This document shows positions 1 through 9,595 of a stretch of 64,000 nt of DNA, one piece after another. The notes below the pieces were generated by a model, which was not told the DNA's origin, made no database searches, and was given only the letters and a program-made list of their open reading frames with translations. The stretch is from an uncultured Gammaproteobacteria bacterium. GTDB lineage: Bacteria; Patescibacteriota; Microgenomatia; UBA8517. Position 1 is the stretch's first letter; each line of letters begins with the position of its first letter. The DNA lies in contig CAZPLB010000001.1 in NCBI GenBank assembly GCA_964587425.1, forward strand, positions 30,545 to 94,544. The letters run 5' to 3'. The position numbers and the translations under genes are program-made.

Positions 1-310
1 GTTTGTCTCTAAGTTGTTTTTCTATAAAATCATCACTTTTTACTATTTGGAGGTTAATTTGGAGCTCTTTTTGTTCCTTTTCAAGTTCTTTTATCCTATT
101 TTGTGCTTCTGTTATCTTGTCTCCAGAGTGGGCTACGTGATTTATGTTTTGAATAAGGGATATGGAGAGGATGACTGCGGCTATTAAAAATATCCAATTT
201 GCTATTTTTGTGAATTTATTTTTTAACATTTTTTGGTATAATTTCCTATAGTTTGACTAATGTCTTTTAGAGGTATAAGCTACACCTTGTTTAGTTAATA
301 GCTGTACCGT

Positions 311-1177
311 TTGTCATTTATGAATGAATCGTTAAATACAATTCTTCCAGGTTTTATTGATTACCTTAAGGGAAAAGGTAGATCTCCTGCCACCATCTTA
401 GCCTACAGGGCAGATCTTGGGCAACTCATCGAATTCATTACCGCTCGAAACAAAGCTACAGCTCTCCAGGTTAATGCTTCTGATATTGAGGGATTCCGCG
501 ACTATTTACTTGCCCAGAAATATACTCCAAAGTCAGTTTCCAGGAAACTTAATGCTGTCAAAACCTTTTTTGGATGGCTTCATGAAAACAACATTGTTAG
601 CTTTGATCCTTCAAAAACTGTGTCTCACCCCAAACTTGAAGCTCAGCCACCAAAATTCCTCTCCCCGCTTGAATATAGGGCACTAAGGGATACTGCAAGA
701 AGCGATATCAGGATTGCAACAATAATTGAGCTTATTTTGCAGACTGGGATGAGAATTTCAGAGATTGCTTCTTTGAAGAAAGAGCATATTAAAGAAGAAA
801 TCATAATAATTGAAGCTTATGCAACACAGAAGACAAGGGAGATACCTTTAAATCAGATAGCTAAAAACACTATACAAACATTTTTACAAATGCATCCAAG
901 CAGCGCTGAATTTATATTTGTAAGCAAGAACGGGAAGCCGCTTGCTATTCGAAACATTCGCGCAATGATTGATAGATATTTTCAGAAGGCAGAGGTTCCA
1001 CAGTATTCAGTTAATGATTTGCGTACCACTTTTGTAATTGAAAACTTAAAAAGAGGGGTTGATTTGGTTCTAATCTCTCAGGTAACTGGACACAAGAGAC
1101 TTTCGACCACTCAAAGTTATTTGGAGCTGGCTGGAGTCAAAGAACCTGGTAAAAAACAAAAATTAGAAGAGCTTTAA
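311..1177 (+). CDS. XerC/XerD-family tyrosine recombinase
   Basis: N-terminal SAM-like domain (SPATILAYRADL, SVSRKLNAVKTFF); catalytic R in TGMRISE; NDLR in place of HxxR; TGH..STTQSY with catalytic Tyr. Confidence 0.9.
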   Translation: MSFMNESLNTILPGFIDYLKGKGRSPATILAYRADLGQLIEFITARNKATALQVNASDIEGFRDYLLAQKYTPKSVSRKLNAVKTFFGWLHENNIVSFDPSKTVSHPKLEAQPPKFLSPLEYRALRDTARSDIRIATIIELILQTGMRISEIASLKKEHIKEEIIIIEAYATQKTREIPLNQIAKNTIQTFLQMHPSSAEFIFVSKNGKPLAIRNIRAMIDRYFQKAEVPQYSVNDLRTTFVIENLKRGVDLVLISQVTGHKRLSTTQSYLELAGVKEPGKKQKLEEL

Positions 1178-1404
1178 GGAGTTTTTTCTAATTCCTTTAT
1201 TTCATCATTTAGTGAATTAATGTAGCCTTCTGTAACTTTTATTTGGGTGTAGCGCATTTCTGAAGCTGAATCTTCATGTCTTACTCCATGAAAGCCAACC
1301 ATAAGATTTTTTAGTTTGATAAGCATTTCCTCGCGTTCTTTTAGTAATTTTTTTATTTTTTGAGAATTAGTCATTTTATTTATTTTTATCATTTTGTTTA
1401 TCAA
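1174..1404 (-). CDS. hypothetical coiled-coil protein
   Basis: 76-aa ORF, last of a run of overlapping minus-strand ORFs; start uncertain. Confidence 0.5.
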   Translation of the reverse strand: MINKMIKINKMTNSQKIKKLLKEREEMLIKLKNLMVGFHGVRHEDSASEMRYTQIKVTEGYINSLNDEIKELEKTP

Positions 1405-1594
1405 GCATATGTTCTACAAGCCATGCAGTTCTCTCTTCTTCTGGAGTTGAGGATGAGTTGGACAGAATTGAGCGGGGGTTGTTCTTCATATTATGAATGC
1501 AAACAAGACAATCACCATCATTTTCAGGTGAAGATATGATGTATACCTGTTGGTTTTTTATGTCTTTATCAAATTTCATTCCAAACTTTATCAA
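1376..1594 (-). CDS. hypothetical protein
   Basis: 72-aa ORF overlapping both neighbours in operon-like fashion. Confidence 0.4.
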   Translation of the reverse strand: MIKFGMKFDKDIKNQQVYIISSPENDGDCLVCIHNMKNNPRSILSNSSSTPEEERTAWLVEHMLDKQNDKNK

Positions 1595-1991
1595 GTGATA
1601 GTTTAGCCTTTTTACGAGAAATGCACCATAGATATAGATAACTTGATAAGAACCTGGCAGATCTATCTATATCCCAGCTTTCTTTTTTACTTTTCATAAA
1701 TTTCATAGATTCTTTAATCGCGACCAATTCTTCATTGAAGCGAAAATTTGATAGAAAAACATATTTTATTCCCCACAGGAGCCAACCTGTATTTTTTTGT
1801 CTTTTAATGTGTGTCTGTTCGTGAATTAGGATGGAAATATTCTTATTATCTGGTTTACTAGATTTCAAATTTTCAAAAATATCTCGAGGTAAGTAAATGT
1901 TTGGATATATAGCATGAGCTGTATAAGTTGATGTTATTGGTAGAATTGTCCAAGGGAAGGATTTTATTTTGACATTTTTAGAGAGTTTCAT
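1569..1991 (-). CDS. hypothetical protein with HExxH zinc-metallopeptidase-like motif
   Basis: ILIHEQTH motif and downstream E (FNEELVA); ATG at 1991 chosen over 2018. Confidence 0.6.
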   Translation of the reverse strand: MKLSKNVKIKSFPWTILPITSTYTAHAIYPNIYLPRDIFENLKSSKPDNKNISILIHEQTHIKRQKNTGWLLWGIKYVFLSNFRFNEELVAIKESMKFMKSKKESWDIDRSARFLSSYLYLWCISRKKAKLSLDKVWNEI

Positions 1992-2274
1992 CTTGGTCAT
2001 CTTCCATATTTTCTTCAACTAAATCACCCCAAATTCGAAGATATATTTCCACTGCGCTTTCTCGTCCCATGAAATAGGCGTACTCTCTTAAAACAGATTT
2101 CACGACATCTTCATCTGCATTACGAATTCCTGCTTTCAAATTCCTTTTCATGGCAACTGACCAATCTAAAACATTTTCCTTAAAAAGTTCCTTTGATTTT
2201 AGTTCAGTTGGTCTGCCTTCAGGGAAAACTTCCTCAATAAATTGTTCTTTAGATTCGATATTGAATACTGACAT
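1978..2274 (-). CDS. hypothetical protein
   Basis: 98-aa ORF starting 8 nt after the tRNA-Ile CCA end. Confidence 0.55.
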   Translation of the reverse strand: MSVFNIESKEQFIEEVFPEGRPTELKSKELFKENVLDWSVAMKRNLKAGIRNADEDVVKSVLREYAYFMGRESAVEIYLRIWGDLVEENMEDDQDETL

Positions 2275-2282
2275 ATTGCGTT

Positions 2283-2357
2283 TGGTGGGCCCTGATGGAG
2301 TCGGACCATCCTTTGGTCTTTATAAGAGACCCGTCCTAGCCGATGAACGAAGGGCCC
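2283..2357 (-). tRNA. tRNA-Ile(UAU)
   Basis: Reverse complement GGGCCCT-TC-GTTC ATCGGCTA GGAC-G-GGTCT CTTATAA AGACC-AAAG-GATGG TCCGACT CCATC-AGGGCCC-A-CCA folds as a cloverleaf; anticodon TAT at 2322-2324; A73; encoded CCA. Confidence 0.9.
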
Positions 2358-2372
2358 AGATTGCCAATTATA

Positions 2373-2732
2373 TCAAATTTTCTTTTTGGAGACTTCTTTG
2401 ACTCTGAATTTGGTAATTCTTTCTACTAATCCCCATGGTATTTCTTGATCTAGGGGAAATATTATTGTTCCTCTTCCACCTTTAAATTTTGATAATTCTT
2501 TTCCAAAAACAGTTCTGGGCGAGGAGGTTGGGAAAAAACTTATGTGGTCTTTGAAACCACCAAAATGGACAAGATTTTTGCCATTTAATTTGAAAGTTGG
2601 GATGCCATAGCTAATTGTTTCAACTGCGTTTGGGGCAACACTGTGGACAACTGATCTAAATTTTGCTAATTTTTCTTGTACTTCTTTTGGGAAACCAGAG
2701 ATATATTCGTCTACTCCCTTAACGTTCTTCAT
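2373..2732 (-). CDS. DUF1801/YdhG-like protein
   Basis: VDEYI, ETISYGIPTF, GGRGTIIFPLDQEIP pattern. Confidence 0.85.
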   Translation of the reverse strand: MKNVKGVDEYISGFPKEVQEKLAKFRSVVHSVAPNAVETISYGIPTFKLNGKNLVHFGGFKDHISFFPTSSPRTVFGKELSKFKGGRGTIIFPLDQEIPWGLVERITKFRVKEVSKKKI

Positions 2733-2735
2733 AAT

Positions 2736-5093
2736 TTAAAGTTTTGCGCGTCTTGTGATTTCTGCTTCAACCAACCTCATGTCTTTGCCATATCTTAGCC
2801 TACTCATTTCTATTATGATTTCTGCAATTCTTGGGTTTTCTGATGCTTTAATCTTTGCAATATCTTTAGTCATATCAAGTGAGAAAGGAGAGACGGGTTC
2901 ATTGCCAACAATTGTCTTTATGTATGCATGGTGTTTTTCTACATTCAAAAGATCATCCTCTGCAAAAACAGGGGTGAATTCATGGGTTAAGTAACTGGCA
3001 TCAGTTACTCCAACTCTATATGAGATGATTGTTCCCACATTTCCAAAAATTGCATTTTTAACTTCTTCTTCTACTTGTCCTATAAATTGGTTGGCAACGA
3101 TAAGACCAAGTCTGTATTTTCTAGCTTCAGATAGTATTACTGCAAAGTCTGGGGTGGCGAAGTTTTGAAACTCGTCAACATACAAATAGAAGTCACGGCG
3201 CTGACTTGGATCTTTAATGTCTACCCTACTCATAGCGGCCATTAGAATTCTTGGAACTATAATTAACCCCAAGAAGTTGGAGTTCTCTTCTCCCAAGCCT
3301 CCTTTGGCAAGATTAATGAGAAGGATTTTTCCTGTATCCATAATTTCTCTGAAATCAAAGGCGCTTTGGGATTGGCCAATGATGTTTCTGATGAGTTTAT
3401 TTGTAACAAACCTTCCAAATTTTGAAGTGATGTAGTCAAGAACCTCTGACTTATGGAAATCTGAGGTTTGGGCTATTTGATCAGTCCAATACCTTTTGAC
3501 TATTGGGTCGTCAACTCTTGGAAGGAGTTCTTGAACATATTTTGCATCTGTCAGAATTCTCATGATTTCAACAAAAGTTGAACCCGGCTCTGCACTCATG
3601 GCTGTTAACATGGCATTTCTAACTGCATGTTCAAACCTAGGTCCAACTATTCCAGTTTTGTATGGATCAAAAAGCTTGTACATCATATTAATTACAGCTG
3701 TTGCTACAAAGTGCTTTTGATCTTCTGTTTTTGCCTCAAGAAGATTTAGTCCCATGGGACGCTCTGTATCACTGGGGTTAAAGTAGATGACATCTTCAGC
3801 TCGCTCTGGGGGGATGAGCTTTAAGATATCTTCTATGGCGTCACCGTGGGGATCCATGAAGCAAAGCCCCTTACCTGCTCTAATGTCCTGTAAGATCATG
3901 TCTTTCAAAAGTTCTGATTTTCCAGTTCCTGTTTTACCTATGATGTAGACATGGCGCATACGATCTTCATTTCCAATATAGACAGGACGCTTTACTCCTC
4001 TATATGAACTTTCTCCAAGGTAGAGACCTGATGTTGGGATTTCAGATGGGGCCGGGGCAGTTTTGCTGTAGACCCAGTAAATATGAGGGGTGGTAATGAA
4101 CTTATTTGGGAAATGGAAAATGGTTGCCAACTCTTCTGAATTTAGTACTGATTTATGGGCGCCTCTGACGTTATACATTGGCTGATATCTATACAGAAAA
4201 TCCTCCATAAACATTGCTTTTCTTCTTACTTTTCTTCCACCTAATCCATTTAGGTCTCCATTGTATTGTTCAAAACTTGTACTAATATTTGTTAAGTGAG
4301 CCTTGGCGGAACCCTCACTTTGGGCAACAACTACAATTCTAACTGCAACTTCGAACCCTGGTTTTGCTATTTTATTTTCCACCGCTTCAAGGGTTTTGGC
4401 AGGAACACTAAACTTTGCTTTTTCTGGATCTGATTCCTGTTTTTTGGTGCTACTTATAAAACCCTTTCCTTCCTTTTGCCAAGGCAACTCTGCTGGAGAC
4501 AAAACTATTTGGATGGCTGCGGCTTCTCCTTCTCCCATTTTGGCAAGAGCTGACGTTATTGAGGACAGAGGATCAGTTGATAGTTCTCTAAATGTTTTAA
4601 TTGGGTAAAAACTGGGTTTTTTTAACTGAAGAGATTTATATGCTACTGCTCCATTTTCTGTAAAGATATTGTATTCTTCAACTTCTTGAATTTCGGCGTC
4701 TGGATAAGCTCCATGAACTTGTTTTTCAATCAAATCCTGCATCTTTTTGGGAGCCCAGATGTAGAACCTAATGTCCTCTTTTCTTGCAAGTATTTCAAAG
4801 GAAATAGTAGGCTGAATATCATATTTTTGTTTCCAACCTCCTTTTTTCATTGAAGAAAGCGATCCAATAAGTTGTTCCATTGCATCAATTTTTACTTCGT
4901 TGCCTCTTGCTACTCCCACTTGCAAGAGAACTGAGTCAATTGATCTTTCTTCTCTTTTTCTATTTTTAAATAATGTGAAGCCGATAAATCCTAGTGCAAA
5001 AAGAATAACTGAGAGAATGGCAATGAGGCCAAGAACCACAAAGATGGCCGCAAAATTGATTGTTGGAATTAAAGTAGACTCTTGTACAAACAT
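2736..5093 (-). CDS. VirB4/TrwB/HerA-like P-loop ATPase with N-terminal membrane anchor
   Basis: RHVYIIGKTGTGKS Walker A; DPHGD; LYVDEFQNF Walker B; SEARKY; ANQ. Confidence 0.85.
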   Translation of the reverse strand: MFVQESTLIPTINFAAIFVVLGLIAILSVILFALGFIGFTLFKNRKREERSIDSVLLQVGVARGNEVKIDAMEQLIGSLSSMKKGGWKQKYDIQPTISFEILARKEDIRFYIWAPKKMQDLIEKQVHGAYPDAEIQEVEEYNIFTENGAVAYKSLQLKKPSFYPIKTFRELSTDPLSSITSALAKMGEGEAAAIQIVLSPAELPWQKEGKGFISSTKKQESDPEKAKFSVPAKTLEAVENKIAKPGFEVAVRIVVVAQSEGSAKAHLTNISTSFEQYNGDLNGLGGRKVRRKAMFMEDFLYRYQPMYNVRGAHKSVLNSEELATIFHFPNKFITTPHIYWVYSKTAPAPSEIPTSGLYLGESSYRGVKRPVYIGNEDRMRHVYIIGKTGTGKSELLKDMILQDIRAGKGLCFMDPHGDAIEDILKLIPPERAEDVIYFNPSDTERPMGLNLLEAKTEDQKHFVATAVINMMYKLFDPYKTGIVGPRFEHAVRNAMLTAMSAEPGSTFVEIMRILTDAKYVQELLPRVDDPIVKRYWTDQIAQTSDFHKSEVLDYITSKFGRFVTNKLIRNIIGQSQSAFDFREIMDTGKILLINLAKGGLGEENSNFLGLIIVPRILMAAMSRVDIKDPSQRRDFYLYVDEFQNFATPDFAVILSEARKYRLGLIVANQFIGQVEEEVKNAIFGNVGTIISYRVGVTDASYLTHEFTPVFAEDDLLNVEKHHAYIKTIVGNEPVSPFSLDMTKDIAKIKASENPRIAEIIIEMSRLRYGKDMRLVEAEITRRAKL

Positions 5094-5094
5094 G

Positions 5095-5418
5095 TTAGCT
5101 TTTAACTACGACTTGTTTTCCAAAATGAAATGCCTTTTTAATCATTCTTAACCAGAACAGTCCAAGCCATGTAATTGCATTTTCTATTTTTCCTTTGGAC
5201 CAACCCAGTAGTGTAGTTTGACTAGCTGGAATAGTTATTGTGGCAGCAGTATTTTGTGATGTCTGGATCATGGGTTTACCACTATCGTCTGTTACCTGTC
5301 CAGTAAAATTATTTGAGACAGCTGTAACTCCAACTTCTTGCAAGTTTTCAGGCACAGTTGGGGTTTCAGGAATTTCCTGAACAACACTTTCTGATTCTTT
5401 TTCGGGGAAGAGGGACAT
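5095..5418 (-). CDS. hypothetical protein
   Basis: 107-aa ORF directly upstream of the ATPase, with a leaderless-type -10 box. Confidence 0.65.
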   Translation of the reverse strand: MSLFPEKESESVVQEIPETPTVPENLQEVGVTAVSNNFTGQVTDDSGKPMIQTSQNTAATITIPASQTTLLGWSKGKIENAITWLGLFWLRMIKKAFHFGKQVVVKS

Positions 5419-5449
5419 ATCACAAATATTTTAACACGTTTTGCCTAGA

Positions 5450-5986
5450 TTATTTAGTTTTCCAGATTTCTTCAGTGAAGCCTTCGGACATGTTTACATA
5501 TCTTGAAAACATCCATAAATAATCTGAGAGTCTGTTTAAAAACTTTAATATTGTTGGCCTCACTTTTTCCTCTTTACTTAATGCCACTACCCTTCTTTCT
5601 GCTTTACGTGCCAAGGCTCTGGCGTAAAAAATCATAGTTCCCGTATTTGACCCTCCTGAAATTATGAAGTTGGTTACTTTGGGGAGTTTACTTTCCCAGA
5701 AGTCAATTTGTTTTTCCATTTTTTTAACTTTTGAAGAACTTAATTTTAAATCAGAACCGGCAAGAATTGAGGCAGTTGTGAATAAATCCAATTGAGTCTC
5801 TTTGATTAATTCCTCAACTTCTTTGTGTTTGGTGAAAGACTTGGCAATTCCAAGAAAACTATTCAATTCATCAATGGCACCTATTGCATTTACACGAAGT
5901 GAATCTTTACCAAGCCTCACTGGAGCATCTTTGGGGCTAATCATCCCTGTTTCTCCTTTGTCTCCTTTTTTGGTGTAGATTGGCAT
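5450..5986 (-). CDS. pduO: ATP:cob(I)alamin adenosyltransferase (PduO type)
   Basis: IYTKKGDKGET, GAIDELNS, RKAERR, LNRLSDYL signature motifs. Confidence 0.93.
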   Translation of the reverse strand: MPIYTKKGDKGETGMISPKDAPVRLGKDSLRVNAIGAIDELNSFLGIAKSFTKHKEVEELIKETQLDLFTTASILAGSDLKLSSSKVKKMEKQIDFWESKLPKVTNFIISGGSNTGTMIFYARALARKAERRVVALSKEEKVRPTILKFLNRLSDYLWMFSRYVNMSEGFTEEIWKTK

Positions 5987-6019
5987 CTCGCTATTCTAAC
6001 TCAAAGCAACAACTTTTGC

Positions 6020-9000
6020 TTAACACTCAGCATGGCCACAGGAGTAACATTTTGCACAGCCTTCTTCTAATACCAAGCTTGCTTCCCCACAACTGGGACA
6101 AATGTCTTTGTGTGCCTTTTCAAGAAGACTAGGCTGCATGGTTACTTTTGGCACTACATGACCATTGCCTTCTGAGTCTTGGTAACCAATGAAGCCAAAG
6201 TGCATTCCTAGGGCTTTTGCTACAGCATCTGGAAGGCTTCTAACTTTGTTTACTCCAAAGCCAACTGATCCTGCTCCCCCAATTCCTTGGAGTTGTTCCA
6301 TGATTTCTCTAGCTCTTTCTTTTGCCGGGAGGTGATTTCCAAATCTAAGATTAGTTGAAATTAATCTTCCTAAAGCCTCTGCCATGGCTGCAAGTTCACT
6401 GCCTGCTTTTCCTACTGCGCAAAATACTTCAAATGGATTACCATCTTCATCTTGATTTACTGTGATGAAAGCATTGCCCATTGGGGTTTTTATTTTGTAT
6501 GTTGCCCCCTCTACTTTTACTGGGCGTTCTTTAATTGTAACCTCTGGTTTCTTTTCTTCTTCCTTCTTTTCATCAACTTTTGAAAGAACTCCCATGCGGC
6601 TTCCATCTCTAAAGTAAGTTACACCCTTGCAGCCTAGTTCATATGCCAAGGTATAAAGTTTTTTGACGTCATCTACTGTGTGAGAGTTAGGGGCATTGAC
6701 TGTTTTACTAATGGATGAGTCGACATATTCTTGGATTTTTGCCTGGACACGGACGTGCTCTTCTGGAGTTAGTTCACTTGCGCTTACAAAATAGTTAGGT
6801 ACTGTTTCACCTTGGTGCCTGTCCATCCACTCTTGGTAGAGAGGGTGATTAACTATGTGAACTCCAGTTCTGTCTGTTCTTTTGTAACTAAATTCATAAA
6901 CTGGTTCTATCCCAGAGCTTACTCCTGCCAAAAGAGATATAGTTCCAGTTGGAGCTTGGGTCAAGATGACAGCATTCCTAATTCCCTGGTCTGCAATTTT
7001 TTCTTGAATTTCAACAGGAAGTTTTTTGATGAATTGTCCTTGGAGATATTTTTCTTTTACGAATCCACCAAATACTCCTTTTTCTTTAGCGAGGTCGCTT
7101 GAAGTATTGTAGGCAGTATCACGAATGGTTTTGTATATTTTTTCAATTGTGACAAGAGATTCATCGGATCCATATCGAAGACCCATTTTTATTAGAGCGT
7201 CCCCTAACCCAAGCGTTCCAATACCAGTTCTTCTGATGTTCATTTGTGCCTTTTTATTTTCTTCGTAGAAATAATAGTTTGCATCAACTACGTTATCTAG
7301 GAATCGTGTAGCTGTTGCTGTGTGTTCTGCCAGGCTTTCATAATTCATTTGTCCATTTTCAACAAAAGCAGAGAGATTTAAATGGCCGAGGTTACAGACT
7401 CCCCATGCTCCCAATCCTTGCTCTCCACAGTTGTGAACTACAAAACCATTTGCAATGAATGAATGAGTCAATGGCTCTGTTAGATCGTATACCCATTCTT
7501 TTCCGGTAAACTTCAAGTCTTCAAAAGTTACTTGAAATTTCTCTTTGTAAGTACCATCTTTGTAGCCTTTTAGGGCATCAATTAGTTTTGCATTTTTATA
7601 GTCAACTAAGAATCCAATTTCTTTTGCAAATTTCCACAAATTATCTTTTGATATGACAAGATCGTGATATTCTTTGCAGAAATAGTCTTTCCTTCCACCT
7701 TTGCCGTCTGGCATCGAACGGTAACCGGCGTCTCTTCGGTTGCAATATATTTTTGAAGCAACTCCAAAGTTTAAAAGAAGTCTCTGGACATCTTGGAGCA
7801 TGTTGTAACTAACTGAAGTTAGCCTAACACTTACTCCTTTATCTGCTGTGCCTGCAACATGTCCGTCTGCTGTAAATAAAGCTTGTAAGAATCCTTTTTG
7901 CATATCTTCACTACCTGTGAATATTTTTTCTGGGACATTTATTTTATTTCCCGGAGTAATGCCATATTCAGAGACTAGTTTCCAAAGTCTTGTAGACCCT
8001 ACCCTTGCTTCATCTCTTTCGTCAATCCAGCCGACTCCCACTTTGTAATCTCTCTGGTTGATTTGCATTCCATCTACCAAATGGTTTACCATACTCGCAA
8101 ATTTGGGGGCGAGTTGCTGTTTTTCCTGTCCAAAGAAGGAGAGTACAGCTTCTGTTGCTTTCATTGTTCCGTCTCCTACCAACCAGCCTAAAACTTGTCC
8201 AAGTTCTTCGCTGCCAACTTTACCAAACCCTCCTTTTTGGTTTGAAATAAGAACCTTGTTTCCTTTTTTTAGATCCTTTGCTTTTTTCCACCCTTTGTCT
8301 GTCATCACTTGGTGGTCATTTGTAAGTTTTAATTCATATCCTTCTCTTGTTGTTAGTTTGTAAACTTCTTTAAACCCTGTTTTTACTGTTTTTGAACTTT
8401 TTGTCCATGAACCTTTATTAAATCTTCCATCGATTAAAACGTTTGGTTCTATTTTTGAATCAAATAAGTAAGAAGCTCTTAATAGACCATCTTCAGTTGA
8501 AACCAATGTGTCTCCTGTAATACAAGGGTTTGTTGCAATAATTTTTTCGAAGTACCAAGTGTTACTCATTTTGTTGTACCTATCGATAAATACTGCACCT
8601 GGTTCTGCACTTCTCCAAGCTGCTTCACAAATTGAATTCCAGACGTCCTTTGCTTTTACTGTTTTGTAAAGTTTTACTGGATAACCTTTTTCCTTCCATC
8701 CTTTCAAATCACCGTCCCAGACTTCATCATAGTTTTCATGCGTTGTGTCTGGAAATTCCAATTTCCAATCTCCATCTACTTTAACCGCTTCCATAAAGTC
8801 ATCTGATACACAAACTGAAAGATTTGCTCCTGGGATTTTTGTTAAGTCTTGTTTTACTGTTATGAATTCTTCAACATCTGGGTGCCAGTCGTTAAGCATT
8901 AACATGAGGGCTCCACGTCTACTGCCACCTTGTTGGATGACATCGTGGTTGGCTGTTGAATAGAGACTTGCCCAGTTGACAGGACCCGATGATAGGCCAT

Positions 9001-9508
9001 TAACCTTTCTTACTCTTGCTCCTCTTGGACGAAGAGAACTTAGGTTGATTCCAACTCCACCAGCACGGGATTGGATTTCTACTGTCTTTGTTATATTGTC
9101 CATAATTCCTCCACGGCTGTCGCTTGGAGACGGGATAACATAGCAATTGTAGTAAGTTACTTCATATGGAGTTCCTGCTCCTGAAAGGATTCTCCCCGCT
9201 GGAACAAACTTAAAGCCTTGCATTGCTTTGTAGAATTTTTCTTCCCAGGGTTTTCTATCTTTTGGTTTTTCAACTTGAGAGATGCCCCAAGCAACACGTC
9301 TCCACATTTGTTCTGGATATTTCTCGAGTGCTCTTCCCTCCTCTTCATCTTTAAGAGAATATCGGTCGAGAAAAACTTCTTGTCTGAAGCCATCCAAGAC
9401 TGTTGGATTGGCAGGGGCATCAAAAACAAACTCCTTGTTTCTTTTTTTAGGAGTTACAATTTGTTTCTTTTTGTTTTTCTCTTTTTCAATAACTACTGTT
9501 GCTGGCAT
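6020..9508 (-). CDS. nrdJ: adenosylcobalamin-dependent (class II) ribonucleotide reductase with intein
   Basis: PAGRIL, YNCYV, GGSRRGA, ATNP..CGEQ, APTGTIS, SISKTVN; C-terminal TSCPD region and CPSC/CYSC Zn ribbon; next to pduO; ATG at 9508 (ORF extends to 9517). Confidence 0.95.
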   Translation of the reverse strand: MPATVVIEKEKNKKKQIVTPKKRNKEFVFDAPANPTVLDGFRQEVFLDRYSLKDEEEGRALEKYPEQMWRRVAWGISQVEKPKDRKPWEEKFYKAMQGFKFVPAGRILSGAGTPYEVTYYNCYVIPSPSDSRGGIMDNITKTVEIQSRAGGVGINLSSLRPRGARVRKVNGLSSGPVNWASLYSTANHDVIQQGGSRRGALMLMLNDWHPDVEEFITVKQDLTKIPGANLSVCVSDDFMEAVKVDGDWKLEFPDTTHENYDEVWDGDLKGWKEKGYPVKLYKTVKAKDVWNSICEAAWRSAEPGAVFIDRYNKMSNTWYFEKIIATNPCITGDTLVSTEDGLLRASYLFDSKIEPNVLIDGRFNKGSWTKSSKTVKTGFKEVYKLTTREGYELKLTNDHQVMTDKGWKKAKDLKKGNKVLISNQKGGFGKVGSEELGQVLGWLVGDGTMKATEAVLSFFGQEKQQLAPKFASMVNHLVDGMQINQRDYKVGVGWIDERDEARVGSTRLWKLVSEYGITPGNKINVPEKIFTGSEDMQKGFLQALFTADGHVAGTADKGVSVRLTSVSYNMLQDVQRLLLNFGVASKIYCNRRDAGYRSMPDGKGGRKDYFCKEYHDLVISKDNLWKFAKEIGFLVDYKNAKLIDALKGYKDGTYKEKFQVTFEDLKFTGKEWVYDLTEPLTHSFIANGFVVHNCGEQGLGAWGVCNLGHLNLSAFVENGQMNYESLAEHTATATRFLDNVVDANYYFYEENKKAQMNIRRTGIGTLGLGDALIKMGLRYGSDESLVTIEKIYKTIRDTAYNTSSDLAKEKGVFGGFVKEKYLQGQFIKKLPVEIQEKIADQGIRNAVILTQAPTGTISLLAGVSSGIEPVYEFSYKRTDRTGVHIVNHPLYQEWMDRHQGETVPNYFVSASELTPEEHVRVQAKIQEYVDSSISKTVNAPNSHTVDDVKKLYTLAYELGCKGVTYFRDGSRMGVLSKVDEKKEEEKKPEVTIKERPVKVEGATYKIKTPMGNAFITVNQDEDGNPFEVFCAVGKAGSELAAMAEALGRLISTNLRFGNHLPAKERAREIMEQLQGIGGAGSVGFGVNKVRSLPDAVAKALGMHFGFIGYQDSEGNGHVVPKVTMQPSLLEKAHKDICPSCGEASLVLEEGCAKCYSCGHAEC
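7430..8524 (-). mobile_element. intein with LAGLIDADG homing endonuclease (365 aa) in nrdJ
   Basis: Starts CITGDTLV; block B LTNDH; LAGLIDADG motifs VLGWLVGDGT and FLQALFTADG; ends VYDLT..HSFIANGFVVHN before Cys; excision restores NP-CGEQ. Confidence 0.95.
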
Positions 9509-9595
9509 ATATTTCAAAAATAAAACTTTTCACAAATGAAAAGGATAAATCTATCTTAATTAATCCAAAAGTTTCGTCAACTAGAAATAAATAAC

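Noticed and set aside
1-310. Possible dif site or riboswitch upstream of the Xer gene
   Set aside because: No XerD-arm match (TTATGTTAAAT) or recognisable aptamer; only promoter-like boxes.
2150-2401. 83-aa ORF
   Set aside because: Runs antisense across tRNA-Ile and its neighbours.
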